From Takakia lepidozioides (lineage: Eukaryota > Plantae > Bryophyta), in contig CM060732.1 in assembly GCA_030704615.1 (NCBI GenBank), positions 25,048,001 to 25,112,000 on the forward strand: DNA of 64,000 nt. The letters run 5' to 3'. Below are positions 34,727 to 47,200 of this stretch, piece after piece. Under the pieces are notes generated by a model. That model saw only the letters and a program-made list of their open reading frames with translations. It was not told the DNA's origin and searched no databases. How positions within the stretch are numbered: position 1 is the stretch's first letter; every line of letters begins with the position of its first letter. A program made the translations under genes and the position numbers.

Positions 34727-35429
34727 GAGGTCTACTATTTCATGAGCGCATGAGCCCATGAGCCTATGAGCCTATGAGCTCATGAGCGGGCATCCGCGGA
34801 ATTTGAATTTTCCTGCCTTTATTGACGGTGTTATGTCCTCTTACCTCGTAATAGGGTCTGTTTCTCCTGGTCCAGGATGCGGAATGAGGTATTTCGGCGC
34901 CGTTTTCCCAAGAGCAGTTTGCTAAATGGTGTTTTGAAGACATCCACCGGGGTATTTCGGCACCGAAGTTACCTCTTAAAATGTGATATAGTGCGGTATT
35001 TAATGGCGCAGAACGGGCTATTTGGGCGCCGAAATACCCAAGTGGAATGTGCTGAAGTGCCTTGTGCTGAAGGCTTCCATCGCGATATTTTGGTACAGTA
35101 ATTCATCCGTGGAATTTTTGAGGCCCATATAACGAAGGCGCGCATTGGGCTATTTCGGCGCCAAATTTCCCAATAGGAATGTTAGAAACGGCAGGGTTTT
35201 CATGGCTTCAAGTTCTCGGCTCGATGGTGTGCATAAATTACTTGTAGGGTTCTCACTGAAGTTTGCGTCTCTTCTGCTTTTATTATACATTTTGGTTGGC
35301 GGAAGAAATGTAGGGAATCGGACAAGCAGCAGTCTGACACAATGATTTTTTCAAATCGTCAATATTTTCATTAAGTGTTTCAGAACTGTACAACAAAAGG
35401 ATCCAAATGAGACTTTGCTATGGTGAGGA

Positions 35430-37050
35430 TCCGCTATCACTGTCCGATGCATCCCCCGGCCTCATGCAAGGATGGCTGCCTTCCACCTGCCTCCGAACCT
35501 GCACTGCCGCTACCGCTGTTACTCTGAGAAGCCCTCCCCTCAAAAAATACCATCCTCACCAGCTGGAACTGTCCACCTGGGTGCGGAAGTGTCCTCAACA
35601 TTCCCTCGTTCTCGGACGCGGATTCTATTACGAACTTCCCTACTCTGCCTTTCCCAATTCTATGTTTGGCCTCACCCTCATTATAATTCTCTGCTCATTC
35701 CCGTATGTCAATTGCTCTAACCGAGTAGGCCTATCCTCCCTCCTGATGGCTTCTCTGGCAGCCGTGTCTGCATAGGCTGGTAGAAAAAAAGGCTTCTGGG
35801 GACTCGCGAGAAACGATTTCTCTGGCAAAGAATGGCCGATGCGATTCTGTCTCCTCCTCTGCAACAGGGTCCGATTCGGGCAAGTCTCCCAGCTTCTCCT
35901 CGTCGGACGACTCTGCAAGGCTGAGTGTACGCACAAACATAGAATGAAGTACATTAGAGAATTCAAACAGGGAATCATCCGGCAGGTTGCATGGTCCCTA
36001 CAACCGAAACCAATACACTTACTATGGTGCAACTCACTCGAAGACAGGCATTGGGGGAAGCGGCTTCGGGCGCCCCTGCATCGAACAAATTTCCTGGACT
36101 TCCTCCTCTTCATCTTCCTCCTCCCCTTCCATGTCATCTTCTGCGTTTTTGGGATCCTCAGTCGGAGGCAACGCAAGGCGGAAGGCCCGCCAATTGTAAT
36201 CGTACAAGGCCGTATCCCCCTCAAATGAAACACAAATCGGTTCGACATCTTTCCGCCCACATACAGGCACCTGCAAATTCATACGACACAACCACAACCA
36301 AACTCAAGAATGAGTCGCTTCCTCGCACAAGCAAACATACACAAACGGAAATGGTGTCATTTCGGTGCCGCATTCAATTAACGTTCTCACCTGTATTTGC
36401 AATGACGTCGAGACCCTGCCTCAACATCCGTACATGTTTCCATGAGCGTCTGGATGAATGCAGGACTCCTGGTCCTGCCATACCTCCATGGCTTGCCCGA
36501 CAAATCACAAAGAATGTCCTTCTCTCCCACATGGTTGAACAGGACGTTATACTCCAGTGGATCAACTGTGGAATCAACAAGTCTTCCTGCTTCACGTAAT
36601 TTGAATTTGAATTTTCGAATGTTCCTTCACGAAGCAAAATGCCTGAGATAAGAGTCTGCAGAGAAGGAAATGTCCTGGAGGTTTTGCTCCTCCGCTCCCT
36701 CCGCAAGCTCCAGCAGGTTCTGATCGTCGCCAAGTCGTACCACGTTGTCATCCTCTCCTTCTGTCAGCTCAATGGGCCGCCCTTCTGCAGATCCAACTCC
36801 CACATCTCTAGCGGCCTCCACCGCATCCGTGTTTTTTGAAATTGACTGCAAACCCAATATCTCCGCTTCCAGTCTCCCTAGGGGTTTTAACTGGCGAAGC
36901 CATGGGCTCCTTCTGCTTCCTCGGCTTCCGAACTATAGGTGGGCTTTTTCTGAAGGCGATATCTGAGGTGTTGAATGAGGACTCGCCTGCCTCGATGCAC
37001 TTCCACCTTGCGAGTGCAGCACCCCCGGGCAGGAGTATCCAAAGTTAACT
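35430..37050 (-). pseudogene. Deleted homolog of the ParB-MTase cargo gene (acidic N-terminus joined to MTase motifs X, I and II and the tail)
   Basis: KPWRYGRTRSPAFIQTLMETC...LDVIANTG, then an intron, then GACMW...NRFV..FEGD, PFFAREI and RWTVPAGEDGI; all match MULE-1. Confidence 0.8.
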
Positions 37051-37754
37051 GTGTTGCCTCGCCCCCCTGCGATCCCTCCCCAGCTCCCATTTCCAAACAA
37101 ACAGAACATGAGACACTGCACCAAAAAAAGGTATAAAAAAGAATATTGCGTATGGAGTGCTTCAACATCCGCAAAGCACGAATCTCTCACTGGTGGGCGA
37201 TCCGAGTCTCCGGATACGAGGTCTGCATTTCATGCATGAGACGGAGCTTAAGTCGTGTCGTCGGCGGCTTCCCAAAATCCCGCGTCCTCCTTCTCTTTGC
37301 CGGAGTCGCCTGACCTTCCACAAACTCTATGCTACCACTAATGCCGCATAAGGAGAGGAAACGCAGGAGAATGTCACTGCAGAAGGGCAAGGGAGCGAGG
37401 AGCGAAGCGGTGGCACCTGCAACCACATTGTACGAGTCAGATGTGTAAGCAGCCACGTTCTCCCGAAGCGTTGCCACCGTCCACCCACTTTCTGCCGTAT
37501 GGGTGATGAAGAGATTGTGACCCCTGACACGTTCGCACGGATGAGTCGACTGGAACACGACGCGTGCCAGTTCCAGCCACCAGTACAAGACGGTTTATCC
37601 GAATTGGTCGGCCACCGAAATACCTTCCGTTCACCGGATGCGTTCCCGGAGCAGCCGACATTGAATGAAATATCCGCACATCATGAAACCCAACCGCCAT
37701 GAAAATCCCCTGCCTATGACATTCAACAGTCAGGTCGGGACGTTTCATCAGCGG

Positions 37755-39240
37755 ACGGATGAATTTCGGCGCCGAAATTCATCCTATTCAAGTGCTTTTC
37801 ATTCACAAACTTACAAATTTCGGCGCCGCAATTCATCGCTTCCCAAGTCCTCATTCGTCATGAGCAAACCTGTCAGTGGGATAATCGGAGCCGGAATTAA
37901 TTCCGGGACAGTGGAAACGGCTGCACTTGGGCACATTTCATTCATCATATTTCGGCGCCGAAATTCATTACGAATATCTACGTCCGCGTGTAGACGAGGT
38001 GAAATCATCTATTTCGGCGTGAAATTCAGCCAGAGCGAAGACTAAATCGGCACCTGCTATGCTTTGCCGCCATCATTGCCCCTGCGGATGCTGTCCATGC
38101 CTGTTTTGACTTGCCATTTCCTGGACATTTAACTATAATTTCGGCGCCGATTATACTTGATTGCGGCAAACGTCCCGTGCGAAAAAGACCTTAATTAATG
38201 GATACTGTCGGTTTCAAATGAAAAAAACGGCTAAAATGCAATTAATTTTGACAGAAGGGGTTCAATATGCCGATTTCTCCATTAAAATGCAGAATATTCC
38301 TGTTATCTTCGTCGGAACGGGGTATTTCCAACGATTTACGGAAAATTAATCATCCAGAAGCAAAAAAAAGTAAGTGTCGGGTTTGGACGAATTTCGGCGC
38401 CGAAATTCATCCATTTCAAAGAAAAATAAATATTGGAGGGAGGGCATTGGATGAATTTCGGCGCCGAAATTCGGCGCTCAAACCCTGAAAAGAATTTGGA
38501 GGGATGAGGTTGAATTTTGCGCCGAAATTCATTGCTCGCGGACTTCGGATGAATTTCGGCGCCGAAATTCATTGCTCGCGAAGAAAAATAAATTCGGGGG
38601 ACTTCGGATGAATTTCGGCGCCGAAATTCATGAAAAATAATTCGGGAGGACTTCGGATGAATTTCGGCGCCGAAATTCATTGCTCGCGAAGAAAAAGAAA
38701 ATTAGAAGGAGTACTTGGATGAGATTCGGCGCCGAAGTTCATCTGTCAAAAAAAAAAAAAAAAAAAAAAAAGACTTCAGATGAATTTCGGCACCGAAATC
38801 CATCCGCAGGGCAGCAGAATTAGGGTCGGAAAAGGAGATGAAGAATGAATTTCGGCGCCGAAATACATCCATTCTGCCGATTCAGGATTACTGTCATTCG
38901 GATGTCGGCACCGATATCCGGACACGTGGTGAATCACGACTGTAATCAGGAACACATTCATCCGTATTTTGGCATCCAAATTCAACCCTCATGTGCAGAA
39001 ACAATTTGATGAAGAAGATGTTCATCCGAATTTCGGCACCGAAATCCATCCGTTGGGTGCTTGGTCAGTTTCATGAGGTGAACAAATTACTATTTCTGTC
39101 GCCGGAATTCATCCCCTGGCTTCCAAAGTTGTTACATGACAGAGATGTTCATCCAGATTTCGGTGCCGAAATTCATGGGAAGGCCTGATTTATTGTAGCC
39201 CAAGTGGTTGTACATTACAATTCAGGCACCAAATATCCGA
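37755..39240. repeat. Palindrome array between the divergent genes of MULE-2
   Basis: About 19 copies or variants of GGATGAATTTCGGCGCCGAAATTCATCC (perfect at 37757-37784). Confidence 0.95.
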
Positions 39241-39422
39241 TGTGAACTTGCTGTTGTCGTCCGTTTTGTAACGTACGTTACACACCTTCATCTTTACGTG
39301 CACTGATCACCCATCCTGTTGGATACGGAATCCTCCAGAAAATCATTTGTGTTATTAGGTAGGACACACTCTTCTCACTGCAGGACTTCGCTGCGGAGCG
39401 TACCGAGAGGTCCCGTCTTCAA

Positions 39423-39973
39423 CATGGACTCCCGTGTTTGGGTAAACGTGTACTTCCATCCTGATTCTCTGAAAGCTAAAATACGTTCCACGAAATCCAA
39501 TTCCCAGTCGTCATCCTCCTCCCACGAGAAGCTCTTCGCCCCGCATACCGGTGGGTGACCCCGCAGCTTGGCCCACCCATCGGGGGGGGGGAAACTGAAA
39601 AGACGGCGGCCACCAACAAAGGCGAACGACACCAGGATGGCCAACGCTCTTGCAATGCCCTGCATAGTGCAAGGTTGCAGGGATGTTCCTCACCCCGGGA
39701 TGGGGGCGCATATTTCAGTTGTCAACAGCCGGGTCTGCTGCGCGCAGTGTCGTGTATACAATCACGGTTTCACAGTACCCAGCTTGCAACTGTGAGGACT
39801 TCCTTGTTATGGAATCGAAGAATGCAGCATACGTCCCCTGCAAACACCTTTATTACATTTTTCTGAAGCGCATGAGTTGCATATCCGCAGTGGACGTCTT
39901 CATCCATGCTCCAACACTGAGTTTCAACGAGCTGCACAAGGCCCTACGGCAGGACACTGGTCGGACTGCTTGA
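39423..39973 (+). pseudogene. MULE transposase remnant (N-terminal stub fused to SWIM C-terminus)
   Basis: DVPHPGMG...YTITV..PACNCEDF...PCKHLYYIFLKR...FIHAPTLSFNELH, homologous to 18595-18850; the DDE core is absent. Confidence 0.85.
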
Positions 39974-40745
39974 CATTCCACATTCGGGAAAGAGAAAGTG
40001 GCAATTATATTACATTCATCTTCTTGCACCCTATTTTTTTGTGAGGAATTATACACTTGGTGGTGCCGCATCGCCATGGCTACATGTGAATTTCGGTGCC
40101 GCAATACATGAGAATGTGGTTTTTGGCCATGAATGGCATGCGCATGCTTTTTTTATTTTTGGTTGTCTACAAATGGATCCGAGTAAAGCATACATTGTGT
40201 GGAGATTAACGGGCATTGAGGCCTATTTCAGCGCCGTTTATGGTCTGTGTACTGCATAGTGCTTCCTTGTTACTGCTCTTCATTCAATTTGTAGTGATTT
40301 CGCAGCCCATCCTGGCGTTTTCGTCCACCTTTATGAGAAGACTCCAATTTGCTACAAATACATTGTTACTGTTCTGCAAATGTGATGCCTTTACAAGATT
40401 GCTAGTTCTGTGTCCCAGTGGGAAGGGTCCTACTGCACATTCCAGCATTTGCATACTGCACCTTGTGCAAACAGCAATCCATACGACAAAGGACACGTCC
40501 CAGCATACTGGCAGTGAATTGCAAAAAACCTTAACAGAAGATTATCCAAGCATGTATATTCCCCATATGGCACAGGGAAGCTGCTTGATTTCTGAATGAA
40601 AATGTATGTGCCATGAGTGTCGGCGAGTCGAAACATGTCTACTCTAGCATGCAAGACCTATGGTCCCCTCGCCCAAGAAGAAGGAACTCTAACTGGCCTC
40701 TCAAGGACCTCCTGAGTGACCGGGTGCCTATATTTGAACAAAATG

Positions 40746-41258
40746 TCAGTGGTTTCTGTCGCCCGGGTTGAAACTAACGAGGATGTCGTGTTTATCGATA
40801 GCGCCCCCTTGGTAGAAGGACATTTTCACAGTGGGCCCTGTGTTCCCCTCCTCCTCATCCTCATAACTGAAGAGAATGTCCCCACTTTCCGAGCCAGTCC
40901 ATCCCCGCGTAAAGTTTCCACCTATGCACTCATCATACGTCCACTCGCAACAATTCCAGCGATACAGCAACGCTGTGCGTGATCTGTTCGGCTCCCACTC
41001 ATGCGGAAAGTCCAGGTCCATGATGCGTAGGAACCACCTGCTCCCCAGCCGGGGTCCAGGAGAATCGTGCAATCCTGGAAGAAACTCCATTGCTCTCAGC
41101 TGGACAAGTCGAGGATCGTCCCTGTAAACATCTAGGAAAACAATGATGTCGTCTGCTTTCGGGAAAATGACTCCCGTCTGGCGTCGATAGATGTGATTCG
41201 GGCACGACATGGCCTCACAACATAGCACGAACTCAAAGCAGGGAGGAGATGGGCACAA
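40746..41258 (-). CDS. Open ORF of unknown function inside MULE-2
   Basis: Uninterrupted 170-codon frame with globular-looking composition; no recognised motif. Confidence 0.4.
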   Translation of the reverse strand: MCPSPPCFEFVLCCEAMSCPNHIYRRQTGVIFPKADDIIVFLDVYRDDPRLVQLRAMEFLPGLHDSPGPRLGSRWFLRIMDLDFPHEWEPNRSRTALLYRWNCCEWTYDECIGGNFTRGWTGSESGDILFSYEDEEEGNTGPTVKMSFYQGGAIDKHDILVSFNPGDRNH

Positions 41259-41329
41259 CAGAGAAGAGTGAAGAGCAAAATGAGAGCAAGGCCTCCCTTA
41301 CCGTAAGGCGGGTATTTACTCTCCGGAGC

Positions 41330-41800
41330 CCAATTTCGGCGCCGTTATTGGATGGAGTGCGGAAGCTTCAGCCGAGAATTTTGTTTCCGCAGGTCAATTT
41401 CGGCGCCGTTATTGGTTGCAATCCCTAGCCTTCAGCCGGGTATTTGGTTTCCGGACCCAATTTCGGCGTCGTTATCGGCTGCACTCCGGTGGCTTCAGCC
41501 GAGTATTTGGTTTTCGGGGCCCATTTCGGCGCCGTTATCGCCTGCACTCCGGAGGATGCAGCCGGGTATTTGGTTGGTGGAGCCCAATTACTTTCACCGT
41601 TGTTGGCTTCACTCCCGAGCCTTCAGCCGGCTATTTCTTTTCCTGTGCCCAATACGGCGTCGTTATACCCAACCATCATGCACTTCTGCAACAATACTAT
41701 CCACGGTTATAGGTCGCCATTGCGTTTTCGGAGTCTGCAAACCCGGATCCTAATTCCGCTTGCGTCTCTGCCTCTGGGATAATTTCGGTGCCGTTATTGC
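41330..41800. repeat. Subterminal repeats of MULE-2 (about 62-bp unit) with a GGCGCC core
   Basis: About 6 units of CCCAATTTCGGCGCCGTTAT...CTTCAGCCGGGTATTTGGTT. Confidence 0.85.
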
Positions 41801-42043
41801 CCAGAATTCAGCTTTTCTATGACCTGGCCTAGCGGTCCATGAGCCTGGGCTCCAAGTCATGAGCGTACACTGGTACTCATGAGCGGAGTGCTTCCAGCAT
41901 GAGCGCGGAAATCTTCGATTTTTTATTATTTTATAGTTTTGGGCCCGGAAAAAATCTGCCGAAATTCGAAGTGTGTTACTTTGCGGCTCATGGGTGAGCC
42001 ATGCCCGCTCATGAGCTCATGAGCTCATGGAATAGCAACCCCC

Positions 42044-43376
42044 GACTACCACAATCTATTGCAAGACATCTTGCCCATTGTAGTACGTGGGACATTGACT
42101 CCCGAGGTTCGTGAGACAATGTATAGATTGAGAGGCTTGTTCCGGTGGATTTGCTCCAAAGAGTTGGAGGAAGCGGATTTTCCACGCATGAAGAAGAGGG
42201 TGGCGGAGGTAATGTGTATGTTGGAGATGCACCTTCATCCCTCCTTCTTTGACATCCAAGTGCACTTGGTAGTGCACTTAGTGGAAGAGGCTTCGATTGC
42301 CGGCCCCGATCATTCTCAGTGGATGTACTTCCTTGAGCGTTATATGAAGACTTTGAAAGGATTTGTAAGACAAATGGCGCACCCGGAGGGTAGCATGGCG
42401 GAGGGGTATACGTTGCAAGAAGCTATGTTCTATTGCACGGATCCGGAGTACATGGCAAGGATGGATGAGGAAGCCTCTCAGATGTGGAAGGAAGAGGAGT
42501 TCCAACAGTGGCTTTGGACTTCAGTTTATGACGTCGTTGCTCAAGGAGAGGTGGTTTCAGATTCGGTGCAAGACATTGCAAGGGGCCCCTCTCAATTTGC
42601 GACCTCATACACGGCGGTTTGGGTTCACGGTCGTTATTTCCGCATTCGTGCTCTTGACATGAAGCGCAAAACAACCTTTGATTCTGGCTTGTGTGCCACA
42701 TATTGGCAAGACTCCATGTGGGGCAAGGGAGATACACGACCTGCTATGAGCAAACTTGAGTACATTGAAGAGCTTGAGAGCATACTCCAACTTCAGTATA
42801 CACGGTACCAGCCTCTTCTCTTCAAGGGAAGGTGGTTCTAGCCACATCTTGTGGGGCCCTCCACAACACTAGTGCAAGATGATTGTGGTTTCATGCGCGT
42901 CAATGCAGATAGGCTCAACCCTACTCATCGTCCCTCCGATGAGCATTTTTCATGGCCTTCAGACATGGAGCGAGTTTTCTTCTCCGATGACAAAACAAGA
43001 GGGGGGAATTGGAAGGTGGTTGTGCATGCTCACCCAAGAGGAAGACGTATCTATCATGGTCTCTCTATGGGGTGAGGCAATTGCGGTGGACAGAGAGACT
43101 AGTCATAATGATGCTGATGATGGAGGTTGGGTAGAGGGGGTAGAAGAGGATGATGACACCCGGAGAAGGCATCCCGGACCCTATATGATGAAGCTCCAGA
43201 AGATACGGATGTTGGAGAAGGAGACAAAGACACGGCCATTGACAACGAGGTGGAGGATGATTCGGAGGTGCCTTTTGAGGGCTGGGCCATTTATGATGAT
43301 GACTCCGATGACCAAGAAGACTTGCAGCTTGATGAGGATGAAGAAGCTCCGGATGATGATGTTCAAGTTGATTAGA
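42044..43376 (+). pseudogene. CACTA transposase C-terminal part (DUF4218 and DUF4216 regions, acidic tail)
   Basis: FFDIQVHLVVHLVEE...GP...WMYFLERYMKTLK...PEGSMAEGY; LFKGRWF...DDCGFMRVN...VFFSDD...WKVV. Confidence 0.92.
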
Positions 43377-43661
43377 CACAAAATCAAAGCTACAAAACAA
43401 TTCTCGCACCGAACTGGACCCATCCCTTCGATTGATTGTACATGTACATGCATATTGTAGTTTATTTCTATGATTGATCAAATATGGCTGTGGCTGGTAG
43501 TCTTTCAAGAAAGAAGGCAGAGGCAATGAATATGTTGGAGCAACACATACAGATGTGGTATCAAGAAAATTATCAAAATGAATGTCACAATCTACAAGAA
43601 GGTCCACAACAATAAGCTAATCCATAAAGAAAAACAAACACCCTACCCCAGTACCATATGG

Positions 43662-43695
<34 letters not shown>

Positions 43696-43734
43696 AAGAA
43701 CCCCCAAAGGCCCTAAACCTAAATCTAAAAAGCC

Positions 43735-44270
43735 CTGCCATCGCTGCCTGCGACCCCCACTCATCGTAAACTGCGACGCGGTTTTTTGGATTTATGAGGC
43801 CGAGGGTCGCAAACGGCGACGACAAGCCGTCGCAAACAGTGACCTGTTTTTTTGTTTTGAAAGAATAGGGCAGCCGGGTTGTTTGCGACGCCCGGCCATC
43901 GCAGGGGCCTTTTGCCCTTCATGCCACCATGCGACGGCCAGACATCGCATTAAAGGGCTGTGATGAAATAAATGGCAAAAAATGGCTGCTTTTTTTTCGG
44001 CTTGGGACGACCGGCCAGAAAGGGCTGCCTTCTGCCCTTCGCTGGGGGGCGACGCTTGGGCGTTGCACGGAAGGGCTGCCTGCTGCTCTTCATCCACCCG
44101 TGCGATAGGCGTTGCCGCCTAGCCCCGGCGCTAGGTGGCGACCCGTGGGGTTTGGCTGCGACGGCCCGGCGTCGCAAACAGGCTCCGCGGGGTTGGCGTC
44201 GCACGCTCGGCGCGCGCGGGGCGTTGGGGCGCGGCTGACATCGCAAACCCCCCCCCCATTTGCTGTAGTG
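43735..44270 (+). repeat. CACTA 3' subterminal repeats and TIR
   Basis: Many TGCGACG/CGTCGCA motifs in both orientations, ending in GTAGTG at 44270. Confidence 0.85.
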
Positions 44271-47200
44271 AGTCCAATCTCCTATGTATCCAGTGCAATT
44301 TCCTATGTATCCAAGTGTGTCTCCTATGTCGAGGCCCAAGTGCAACCTCTAGGTTAGCCTGTGTTGTTGGCCCATTGTCCAATGTCATCTAAGTCCAAGT
44401 GCATCAATATATGAAGCAAGCCATATCTAATCATTTTTTTTCCACAGAGCCTATGACCAGATTTGAACTGGAGACCTTTCCCTTGATATCTCTCCCGTCG
44501 AGGCTCCAACCGTTGTCCCAGGAATGCCCACTTTGCCATTTTTGCTATTTTTTGTGAATTTCCAGCGACCAAAAGCACTTGGAATTCCACATCTCCCACA
44601 CCGCAGGTCCAGACTTCATGAGACCAAGCCCGTGCACCCCTCTTCGTTGAGGGCTTTCCAATGGTACCAAGCACCAGCGCCGGGGCCTCGCGGTTTGGGA
44701 CATCTCAACGTGACAAAACAAAACAAAACAAAACAAACGTCTTGCTTCATAGATTGACTAGGGTAGCCTGTGCCGTTGGCCCAAGTGTCCAGTGTCATCT
44801 AAGTCCAAGTGCAATCCCCTATGTATTTAGAGACCCTCATGTTTTGGAGATCTAGGCCTAGGGTAGCCTGCGCCATTGGCCCATGTGTGAAGAATTGAAA
44901 TCTAAGCCTAAGTATAATTTCTTATGTGTCCAAGTGAGTCTCCTATGTCAAGGCCCCAGTGCGACCTCTAGTGTAGCCTGTGCCGTTGGCCCATGTGTGA
45001 AGAATTGAAATCTAAGCCCAAGTGCAATCTTCTATTCATGTATCCAAGTTCATCTCCCATGTACAGGCCTAAGTGTCCAGTGTCATCTAAGTCCAAGTGC
45101 AATCCCATATCTGATCATTTCTTTTTTAAGAGAGGCTACGACCAGATTTGAACCAGAGACCTTTCCCTTGATATCTCTCCCATCGAGGCTCCAACCATTG
45201 TCCCAAGAATGCCCACTTTGCCATTTTTGCTATTTTTTGTGAATTTCCAGCGACGAAAAGTACTTGGAATTCCGTATCTCCCACACCGCAAGCCGGTGCA
45301 CCCCTCCTCGTCGAGGGCTTTCCAATGGCACCAAGCACTAGGGCTGGGGCCCGCGGTTTGGGAGATCTCAACGACGCTACAAAACAAAACAAAACAAAAC
45401 AAACATCTCGCTTCATATATTGACTAGGGTAGCCTGCGCCATTGGCCCATGTGTGAAGAATTGAAATCGAAGTCCAAGTGCAATCCAGTACGAAGCTCAA
45501 GACGACTGCAAATAGGGTTAGGGCTGGTTGGGAGAAGGAACGCACTCGTATCGTCTCCTATGTCAAGGCCCATGTGTGAAGAATTGAAATCTAAGCCCAA
45601 GTGTAATTTCTTATGTATCTAAGTGGGTCTCCTATGTTGAGGCCCAAGTGCGACCTCTAGTGTAGCCTATGCCATGTGTGGAGAATTGAAATCTAAGCCC
45701 AAGTTCAATCTTCTATTCATGTATCCAAGTGCATCTCCCATGTACAGGCCCAAGTGTCCGAGGTCATGTAAGCCTAAGTGCAATCTCCTATGCATTCAAG
45801 TGCGTCTCCTACATCTAGGCCCAAGTATGACCTCCAAGGTAGCCTGTACCGTTGGCCCAAGTGTCGAGTGCCATCTAAGTCCAAGTGCAATCCCCTGTGT
45901 ATCCAAGTGCATCTCCTATGTTGATGCCCAAATGCGACCTCTAGGGTAGCCTGTGCCATTGGTCCAAGTGTCCAGTGTCATCTAAGCCCAAGTGTAAGAT
46001 CTTCTATGTATCCCAGTGCATCTCCTATGTCGAGGCCCAAGTGCGACCTCTATTGTAGCCTAAGCCGTTGGCCCATGTGTGAAGAATTGAAACCTAAGAC
46101 CAAGTGCAATTTCCTATGTATCCAAGTGCGTCTCCTATGTTGTGGCCCATCTAAGCCTAAATGCAATCTTCTATTCATGTATCCGAGTGCATTTCCCATG
46201 TGGAGGCCCAAGTGTCCAATGTCATTTAAAATCTCATATGTATCTGAGTACGTCTCCCATGTCAAGGCCCCATTTATTCTTTTCCATGAATTTATTGAAT
46301 ACTAATATATCAATGTATCTCCCATCGAGGCTCCAATCATTCTTCCAAGAAATCCCACTTTCAAGCTATTTTTGGGAATTTCCAGCGACCAAAAGCACTT
46401 GAAATTCCAAATCTGCCACATGATGGGCCAATCATAGCTCCAGGAAAGCCCACTTTGCTATTTTTTTTCGAATTTCCAGCGACCCAAAGCACTTGGAATT
46501 CCATATCTCCCACACCGCCGGTCCAAAAATCATGAGACCAAGCCCATGCACCCCTCCTCATCGAGGGCTTTCCAACGGCACCAAGCACCCGCGCTGGGGC
46601 CCGCGGTTTGGGAGATCTCAACGACGCTACAAAACAAAACAAAACAAACGTCTCGCTTCATATATTGACTAGGATAGCCTGTGCCGTTGGCCCAAGTGTC
46701 CACTGTCATCTAAGTCCAAGTGCAATCCCCTATGTATCAAAATTCGTCTCCTGTGTCGAGGCCCAAATGAAACCTCTAGGGTAGCCTTTGCCGTTGGCCC
46801 AAGTGTCCAATGTCATCTAAGTAAGTTTTTTTCCACAGAGCCTATGACCAGATTTGAACCGAAGACCTTTTCCCTTGATATCTCCAAGTGCTATCCCCTA
46901 TATATCCAAGTGTGTCTCCTATGTGGAGGCTCAAATGCGACCTCTAGGGTAGCTTGTGCTGTTGGCCCAAATGCCCAGTGTCATCTAAGCCCAAGTGCAA
47001 GATCTCATATGTACTCTAGTGCGTCTCCTAAGTGAGGCCCAAGTGCGACCTCTGGGTAGCCTGTGCCGTTGGCCCAAGTGTCCACTGTCATCTAAGTCAT
47101 CTAAGTCTAATGATTTAACCATATCTAATCATTTTTTTTTCCACATAGCCTATGACCAGATTTGAACCGGAGACCTCTCCCTTGTTGTCCCTCCCGTCAA

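Larger units (their letters stand above)
34727..42043. mobile_element. Mutator-like element MULE-2 (7.3 kb), an internally deleted relative of MULE-1
   Basis: 10-bp TSD GACTACCACA (34717-34726 and 42044-42053); ends GAGGTCTACTATTTCATGAGC and GCTCATGGAATAGCAACCCCC; CATGAGC repeats. Removing it restores GLKSHDYHNLLQDILP. Confidence 0.92.
5400..44270 (+). mobile_element. CACTA/En-Spm DNA transposon disrupted by three nested insertions (5' end not found)
   Basis: Transposase exons rejoin in frame across the insertions; the 3' end TTTGCTGTAGTG (reverse complement CACTACAGCAAA) is at 44259-44270. The start coordinate is approximate. Confidence 0.85.

Noticed and set aside
43662-43693. Poly(A) tail of a retrocopy (also the T-run at 4705-4731 and the A-run at 38748-38771)
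   Set aside because: There is no TSD or adjacent processed gene; these are simple homopolymers.
44450-44490. tRNA gene in the satellite
   Set aside because: Only a B-box-like decamer is present; no cloverleaf can be built.
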